NCBI GenBank assembly: GCA_030341885.1
Contig: CASHTH010003779.1
Coordinates: 72,806 to 100,264, forward strand
From: Geodia barretti
Taxonomy: Eukaryota
Length of the DNA stretch: 27,459 nucleotides
Direction of reading: 5' to 3'
The first letter of the stretch is position 1; each line of letters opens with the position of its first letter. Position numbers and translations under genes: made by a program. Under the pieces are notes generated by a model, which was not told the DNA's origin, did not search any database, and was given only the letters and a program-made list of their open reading frames with translations. This document shows, piece after piece, positions 20,906-27,459 of the stretch.

Positions 20906-22006
20906 GAACAAACAAAAAGAGGAAGGTGATTAAAGGGAAAAGGGTTCTGCATGTACAAACCTTTAATGTTCTGGAGAATGATGGACGAGAAGGTAAAGAA
21001 AGTTCCCAGAAGGTTGGTTGGCTGGGGGAGTCCAGTTGGCTGCTTGCCAGCTGGTGTAGTTGGTGAAGATGGCACTGTGGTACACGTACACCGTGCATGA
21101 GAGAGGACACGGGAGTAAAGGGGTTAAGTTCTCACGTGGGAGGGATCTGTCAATGGCGGGGTTGGGAGTGGTGGGGGTGACTGGATTGGAAAGTGACTTA
21201 GTCTGCAGAGAACCGAAAGTGACACCAATAAAAGACTCGTCCAACTAAGCACACTCTTCCTCTCCTATTACAGCTTCCCCTTCCCTCTCTCTCTCTCTCT
21301 TCCCCCTCCTCACGTGAGTCAAGACTGTGATGAAGTTCCTGTTGAGGTGGATGGCCTCGTACAGCACCAGCAGCACAGCCATGTCAATCTTGACTCTGGT
21401 CTGCGAGGTATCCACCGGGACCAGCATGTTACTCACGAAGCTGCTGATGTGACCAAATATTCCGACCGGCTCCTCAGTGGGCGGAACATACTTCCTGTGT
21501 ATCAGAGAATGGAAAGATAAGAGGATGGAAACATGGGAGCACGAAGTCCTGAGAGAACTAGTGTGTGTGTGAGCGAGGTCTGTTACAAGATTAGAGAGTC
21601 TTACTTGTTGTATTCTGTCAGTACTGAGGATACTACACTACCCAGACCCTGGGGGAAACGGAGTGGGCTAACACACCTCTCAATTACTCGGTTTCTTAAC
21701 TCACATGCAGAGCAATCTCATCGTCAAGAACCGACAGTTTTATCACGTACGGGTTGGCAGCCTGCACAAACGGAACCGGTCACAAAGATATGCATGAGAC
21801 TCAAAGCTAAGGCACTGAGAGATGCATCTACAGTATGTATATTATATGTACCTCATACTTGCGGTAGTTGACCAGAAGCGTTAGTACCACCACTGCATCG
21901 TAGCCATGCTGGTCCCTGAGATCAGGTACTGACAGGAGCTACAGCCAAGAAGTACACACCGCATCACGTGTTGTTTCAGACGGTGTGTTGTGTGGGGGGG
22001 ACTAAC

Positions 22007-22128
22007 GTGCATGATTGTCTCAAAGACACTGTTCATCATGACGTACTCCAGCAGCATGTTCTGGCTGATGTTGTCCATGGCGGTCAGCATGACCAGGAGA
22101 AGACGCAGACACAGGTTCTTGAGGCTGG
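22007..22128 (-). CDS. DYM: DYM-like internal exon
   Basis: Peptide (A)SLKNLCLRLLLVMLTAMDNISQNMLLEYVMMNSVFETIMH, donor CAC|GTTAGT. Confidence 0.5.
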
Positions 22129-22761
22129 CTGCAGCACGGGAGAGAGAGGGAGCACACTTGTTTACTAATAGAGAACGCGTCTGTCAAACACGGGATCCAC
22201 ATGCCTACACTTGTTTGCTTTGCCTTGCCTTTCTACCTTGTTTATGTCTCGATCGTGCATACCTGGATAGTCATGGACGAGGAACTTGTTCAGTGCTTCA
22301 ACCAGATTCTGTGAAAGAACAAACACACAAAACAACAGGGCTTCTGATAGAATTCATCAACAGAACCCCACTACACTACAGCTTCATTAACATCACGATC
22401 ACATAGAGATCCTCTGAGAGTATCAATTTGAAGCCACGCTCACTCTCATCTGGCATTCGGCCGAGTCAAATCCTATCACCACATCAATCACGTCGAAACT
22501 CGAGTCACTGAGTTTCTTATCAAACGTGGACCGCAGGAGGACACACAGTGTCTTGAGGGAGTAAAGAAGAGAGGGAAGGGGTGGGGGGTGAAGATATCTA
22601 CAGTAGTATACTCACCTGCAGGGCATTGATGTTTCTGATGACATTATCGTCCAACTGAAGCGTTGTGCAGCACTGAACAAACAGCAGACTTAGCGATTTC
22701 TATGGAAAGGCAGAAAGAGAAAACGCTATATACAAGGCTCAATATTATACATACTCAATAC

Positions 22762-22827
22762 CTTCAGCGAAATAAGTTCCCAGGTTTTCATTTCGGACAT
22801 TGTCGTTTGGAAATACTGGATGTTCAC
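22762..22827 (-). CDS. DYM: DYM-like exon 3
   Basis: Acceptor cggcag|, peptide VNIQYFQTTMSEMKTWELISLK, donor AAG|GTATTG. The reading frame is continuous with exon 2. Confidence 0.45.
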
Positions 22828-22880
22828 CTGCCGATGGAGCGCAACAGTACACACAGCACACAGCCATTAGGAGAGCTTAC

Positions 22881-22937
22881 TTTGAGGAGGAAAAACTCCT
22901 CCCAGAAACGGGGATTCCCCTGCGAGGGATCCTCGCC
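22881..22937 (-). CDS. DYM: DYM-like exon 2
   Basis: Peptide GEDPSQGNPRFWEEFFLLK, matching the dymeclin N-terminus SENDPFWNQLLSFSF. Donor AAA|GTAAGC. Confidence 0.6.
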
Positions 22938-23010
22938 CTGGTCGGTGGTGCATGAGGAAAACAGATGTGCTCTAATAAGAAGAAACGGCTAAGAGGGAGT
23001 CGGTGCAAAC

Positions 23011-23184
23011 CTTGAAGAGCTGCTCATAGTACGTTATGAGCTTCTCCTTGAGCGGCTTTCGCTCGCCAGGAATGCCCTTCCGCAGCAGCGTAGGGGAGTG
23101 GGTAGGTCGCCGCGGAGAAGAGAGGCCTTCTCCTTCTTCGTTGATAGCTGACATGAGGTCTACCGGGCTGGACGTATAACACAC
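23011..23184 (-). CDS. DYM: DYM-like exon 1 (start at 23184 or at 23154, MSAINEEG...)
   Basis: Peptide ...GERKPLKEKLITYYEQLFK, donor AAG|GTTTGC. The start codon is ambiguous. Confidence 0.5.
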
Positions 23185-23445
23185 GTACGTGGGAGCTTCG
23201 AGCCTTCGACCACTTCCCGCGTGCGCTACCCCGGGTATTTCCCGCGAGCGAACTCAAAGCTCAAAGGTCATTAACGTTAGTGGTTGTTGCTTTTTTCTTT
23301 GTGTGTGGATGTTTACATGAACTATATGGGAGTGAGAATGTACACAAAATCACACACACATAAGATTACGCTAGATCTATATTTGCTGCGAAGGGTGGCG
23401 TGTGACAAGTTGAAGTAGTAAAAAAAGAAAAGCGGGCAGAGAAAG

Positions 23446-23642
23446 TCAGAGTTGTGATTCGGGCTCCCAGAAGCTCTTCATGGTGGACTTGACGGGCCAG
23501 AGGTGGGCGACGGCTATGCCGGGGACGCTCCGGCCAAACACAAGAGGAGCAACTTCCTTCCACCCCTCCTCCTCTGGATTGTACTTCTCCACTACATCCA
23601 CTGTCTTGACTCCGTTGTAGCCACCGATTGCATACACTTCAC
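23446..23642 (-). CDS. KLHL exon 6 (last kelch repeat, stop)
   Basis: Peptide (G)EVYAIGGYNGVKTVDVVEKYNPEEEGWKEVAPLVFGRSVPGIAVAHLWPVKSTMKSFWEPESQL*. The six exons total 1926 nt, giving 641 aa. Confidence 0.8.
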
Positions 23643-23975
23643 CTGGTAGAGAAATAGAAAGTAAAAGTCATTCTCAGTAACACTGGGTGTTGTGTGGACT
23701 ATTATATGTGCACACGCAGTCTTTAACCAGTTTCCAAAATTTGGCTGGTCTTTTTGTTGTCACTGACAACAAAAATTAGCGATAGACAACCCAACCATTT
23801 GTGAACATCAGAAACAGCTTGACAAATCCTATATTCAATCTCAAGTCGTTCAGAAAAAGGTTTGTATGTAAATTTCACTACGTAGCTACATAATTCCATT
23901 CCTAATCACAGACAAACATTTAATTTAATTGCCAGTTCTAAAAACTCCTTGAAATTTCCCAGCATTGCCACTAAC

Positions 23976-24083
23976 CCCTGAGTGCAGTGACAGCCACACC
24001 GGTCCGACTATGGTGCATGGGAGCAATGAGACTCCACTGGTTGGCCACCGGGTCAAACCTCTCCACTTCACACAGCCACTGGC
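23976..24083 (-). CDS. KLHL exon 5 (kelch repeat)
   Basis: Peptide QWLCEVERFDPVANQWSLIAPMHHSRTGVAVTALR, donor G|GTTAGT. Confidence 0.75.
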
Positions 24084-24302
24084 CTGAGAGAGAGAGAGAG
24101 GGATAATTGTAAGCCTTTCAGACCTGTTGCTCCTAAAACTAAATGGGCAAGCAAAGTAAGCACACCTAGTAGAACTATTAATCTATATGGCACGACCGTA
24201 ATGGTTTACTTAATTCTAACTTGCGTACGCTCCACTGTATTACATCCATTCTAGTACACACACATACTGTGACCTGACCCACTGCAGTTAGAGTATGCTA
24301 AC

Positions 24303-24506
24303 CTGAGTCGTAGCCTCCTACAGCATACAGACAGTTGTTGAGGGCAGTCACGCTGGCTGCCCCTCGACTGCGGTGCATGGGAGGCATGTCTTCCCACTCG
24401 TCCCTCTCTGGGTTGTAACGTTCCATGGAGTTGAGGTTGGAGCGAGTCCCGTCGTCCCGATTGCTTCCTCCCACTGCGTACACCAGGTTCTCTATCACTG
24501 CCACTC
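24303..24506 (-). CDS. KLHL exon 4 (kelch repeat)
   Basis: Peptide VAVIENLVYAVGGSNRDDGTRSNLNSMERYNPERDEWEDMPPMHRSRGAASVTALNNCLYAVGGYDS, donor G|GTTAGC. Confidence 0.8.
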
Positions 24507-24559
24507 CTGCCGAGGTATAATACATACAGTGTACAGGACATTTATATTTATTGACTCAC

Positions 24560-24777
24560 CGACATTCCTACGAGGGGTTTTCATGGGTGCAATCTCAGTC
24601 CACGTGTCCAACTGTATGTCGTACTTCTCAGCCGTCCCCAGAATTGACTTGCCGCTGTAGCCACCAATGGCGTATATGGCATTGAAAGACACTCCGGTCA
24701 CGGCATCTCTCATGTCCCGGATTGCCCCCACACCCAGGTTCATACGGGGAGTCAACATGTGGGCCACTGGGGTCCAC
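24560..24777 (-). CDS. KLHL exon 3 (kelch repeat)
   Basis: Peptide (R)WTPVAHMLTPRMNLGVGAIRDMRDAVTGVSFNAIYAIGGYSGKSILGTAEKYDIQLDTWTEIAPMKTPRRNV, donor G|GTGAGT. Confidence 0.8.
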
Positions 24778-25022
24778 CTGCACACAGAGATATCAGAATT
24801 ACAGAATTATAGAAGGGAAATTCAAAATGTCTGTCTGTATAGAACAACAAACAATGATGGGAGTTTCAAATGGAACAAGTTGACATTGCACGTGAATTTC
24901 CTTCAAAGTTAATTCAGATGACACTAGGACAAGTGACAAAATCTACATATCACCACTCAGTCATGGAGGGCAGATTTAGAAAGACAAACAACAGAACATG
25001 ACAGTGTGTCTACATTATGCAC

Positions 25023-25233
25023 CTCTTGGTCCTGGGGTTGTAGCACTCCACTGCATCGGTACTGGTCTTGCCCTCCAGGTACCCGCCAATGGCAAACAGG
25101 AGACCCTGGAGAACTGCCACGCCCACTCCGCTCCGGCGATACCTCATCTGAGGGATGACGTCGACAACCCAGCGATCAGTCTCCGGGTCGTAGCACTCCA
25201 CGTTGCCCAGGGTTTCGTGCTCCGACACTCCTC
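25023..25233 (-). CDS. KLHL exon 2 (kelch repeat)
   Basis: Peptide GVSEHETLGNVECYDPETDRWVVDVIPQMRYRRSGVGVAVLQGLLFAIGGY...NPRTK, donor AG|GTGCAT. Confidence 0.8.
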
Positions 25234-25958
25234 CTGTGTGACAGACAACGAGCGTATCACGTCTAGCTACATACTGAGAGACTCAACTGAGGCAGTATAT
25301 GTATACACTCACAATGAGGATGTGTATATATAGCACACTAACCCAAAACGAAGGATTGTGAAAAATGAAACACTACTGAATAGCCGCACATATGTACATA
25401 CACAATGTATGCACAGTAAATTGCCATACATTGCGGAGAGTCATTTCTCAATACCAAGACCAGTGGACTATGGACGCACTCCCCTATTTAGGAAATCTGG
25501 GAGTATTTTCAGAGTAACTTGCTAACACTACAAAAAGTGTGTGCTGGTAGAAAACTGCATGACTGGTGAAAAAGGCATGTTAGCGACCGTGCATTAAACA
25601 TTATGATAACGGTGTTGTTGATTCAGAGCATGCCAAGTAAATTGGGATCTCAATGCAGGCGTAGGCAGAGTTTCACGTTAGGAGTTCCTTACAGGAGCCA
25701 ACTATGTGACGAAGACACACAAATATGGCACATATATTATACCAACACCACTCTATTCTCTACATTATAGAGATGACACACACACAACACTGACAAGACA
25801 CTCATAATGGCATAGACTGATGCATGCCGTTTAGGTATGTGTCTCATTTATATACACAGCATGCATGCACCATGTACTAGTGCAAAAGTACCGTAAGCAG
25901 CCATGTTTTTGTGAATTACGGTAGCACACACAACTGAGGACTGTGAGAGATACTGTAC

Positions 25959-26946
25959 CTAGAATGTGGATGACTTCGCCGGCTCTCAGGGTCTCCCGTG
26001 GCCACCACTTCATTGGGATCTGGGTGGGGAGCCGGCACAGGTGGGCCATGCCATCGGGGTAGGATGTGTTATAGAGTGCACGTGCAGCCTCGCGGATGAG
26101 TTTCATGCACGGCTCATTGGAGCTGACGAGGGAATTGGCCGCCACCTCCACTGCAAAGAACTCCTGGCCTAGGAGAGGGAGTTTGACGAGGTTCAGGAGC
26201 TCCTGGAAGTGGGTCTGTCTCTCGGGGAAGTTGTGCTGGGTCCATGTTATGAGGGCCGTGAACACTGCCTCTTCCCCGTCCGGGAGATGGAGGTCGTTGG
26301 AACTCAAAAAGTGCTTCATGCGGGCATAGGAGATGTGCACGAAACGCTCGTTCTGTGAGACCTCGGTGAAGTTTCGACGGGAGAAGGTGAGCGATGCCTC
26401 CAGGAGCTCCTGGCAGGATTGGAACTCGGCAAAGTCGGCAACGTCGAGACACACGGAGCAGTCCAGCCGGTCCTGCAGGAACTTGCAGCAGGCCTCGCGT
26501 GCCCGGAGCATCTGGAGAAAGTTTGACGCTGCCAGGAGGCTCTGCGCGTTCTCCTCGTTTATCTCCAGCGCACAGGTGTAGGCAAACTTTATGAGGAGGG
26601 CGAGGGCGTCTGAATCGACGCCCTGTATCACAACCCTCCGCTGTCCGCTCTCGGCCATCTGTCGACAGAACATGGCTCTAAAGTACATACTGGAGGCTGC
26701 CAGGACCACTCTGTGGGCTCTGAAACACTGCTGATCCACGACCAGCTCCACGTCGCACAGCTCCTCGTTGCGACGGAGCTGCTCCATGCTCTCCAGCGTC
26801 TCCTTTGGGAGACTCTCGTCGACAAAGTTGGGCATCTTGAGCTCCGAGAGAGGGGGAGGTGGGTGCTGCTGTGTCTGCTGGGTGCTCTCACTGAGCTGGG
26901 TGGAAGGGTCAGTGTGTGATGTGTCCATTGTAGAGTCCTCTTCCAC
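25959..26946 (-). CDS. BTB-BACK-Kelch (KLHL family) exon 1 (start codon, BTB and BACK domains)
   Basis: Starts MEEDSTMDTSHTD... It has a BTB core (LCDVELVVDQQCFRAHRVVLAASSMYFRAMF) and a BACK region. Donor G|GTACAG. Confidence 0.8.
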
Positions 26947-27330
26947 CCCAGTTGAGAGTTATATACCTCCAGGCACTGTCGGGAAGTAGGACGAGAATTT
27001 TGCGACTCAAAACCCGACAAAGCCTACAAGTATATACCCCGAGTACGTAAACGCCCTAGTTCAACTTTGGATTTACGCCTATGTATACCACGGGACTACT
27101 CCCCGCCACAGTCCGGGACTCACTCACCTACAGGAGGAAGGAGAGAGTGGTGGTAGCTTTGTTTTTGCCTCTCTCGCTCGTTTTTTTGACGAGTTCCGCC
27201 TCGCGTGACTGGAATGCGAAATAATTGTGCCGCCGATGACCGGCGGCGGGCGGGGTGCGTTTATTGGAAATAAATATAAGTCACCCACGTGTAGTGTTTT
27301 CCACTCTTCCTGTGATTTTCGCCCATTTTC
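26947..27330. promoter_or_regulatory. Divergent promoter region between the KLHL gene (minus) and the zinc-ribbon gene (plus)
   Basis: A 384-bp CpG-rich spacer (ccggcggcgggcggggtgcg) between the two divergent start codons. It also contains an E-box CACGTG. Confidence 0.45.
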
Positions 27331-27459
27331 ATGTCTGTGTGCGTCGTGTGCGGCTCTTCCGACTTTGGAGACCCGCACGATGGTCTTTTCTTCTGTCTGG
27401 AGTGTGGAACGCAGTCACAAGTTCGTGCTCCGTCTCCCCACGAACCAACACCTGTGTTT
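27331..27459 (+). CDS. Partial CDS: N-terminal zinc-ribbon (C-x2-C-x11-C-x2-C) of a gene that continues beyond the window
   Basis: Open frame MSVCVVCGSSDFGDPHDGLFFCLECGTQSQVRAPSPHEPTPVF runs to the window edge. The Cys4 ribbon resembles the N-terminal ribbons of TFIIB, BRF and Rrn7/TAF1B-type factors. Confidence 0.35.
   Translation, partial: MSVCVVCGSSDFGDPHDGLFFCLECGTQSQVRAPSPHEPTPVF

Larger units (their letters stand above)
19011..23184 (-). other. DYM: Dymeclin (DYM) family gene span, multi-exon, approximate
   Basis: N-terminal exons and the C-terminal exon match human dymeclin (see the exon entries). An internal exon has ...LCLRLLLVMLTAMDNISQNML..., matching DYM LHTNCLAALANMSAQF. The other internal exons are not fully resolved. 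Confidence 0.6.

Noticed and set aside
26114-26594. Several 66-112-aa ORFs in other frames overlapping KLHL exon 1
   Set aside because: They are off-frame readings of the long GC-rich BTB/BACK exon. The 371-aa frame carries the BTB and BACK homology.
27124-27378. 84-aa minus-strand ORF (MRVSKVGRAAHDAHRHENG...)
   Set aside because: It lies within the divergent promoter and 5' region and is antisense to the zinc-ribbon start. The sequence is low complexity and has no homology.

Overview
This window is eukaryotic (metazoan-type) nuclear DNA, not prokaryotic. It has many GT-AG introns (mostly 38-120 bp in the first gene), one AT-AC U12-type intron, CA/GA microsatellites and intronic minisatellites. 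I found no rRNA, tRNA or CRISPR. Seven protein-coding genes can be reconstructed, and the exon lists below are reading-frame and phase consistent. (1) Coordinates 63..5619, minus strand: the 5' part of a secreted protein with a signal peptide, a Gly/Ser tract, a Cys-rich module and about 10 tandem Calx-beta domains. It has 20 exons in the window and every intron is phase 1; the gene runs off the window start. (2) 6541..16240, minus strand: complete SMC3 cohesin gene, 29 exons, about 1203 aa. (3) 13791..14735, plus strand: an intronless TREX1/2-like DEDDh 3'-5' exonuclease gene nested antisense inside SMC3 intron 8. (4) 16831..18729, plus strand: SIL1, 4 exons, 493 aa, head-to-head with SMC3 across a roughly 590-bp CpG-rich promoter carrying CCAAT, TATA and E2F-like motifs. 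(5) About 19011..23184, minus strand: dymeclin (DYM) family gene, convergent with SIL1. (6) 23446..26946, minus strand: BTB-BACK-Kelch (KLHL family) gene, 6 exons, 641 aa. (7) 27331..27459, plus strand: first codons of a zinc-ribbon protein gene, divergent from the KLHL gene. Nothing here looks like a prokaryotic-style defence or mobile system. The most unusual items are the nested exonuclease gene, the U12 intron in SMC3, the all-phase-1 Calx-beta exon array with very short introns, and a roughly 500-bp gene-conversion tract between duplicated Calx-beta exon pairs.
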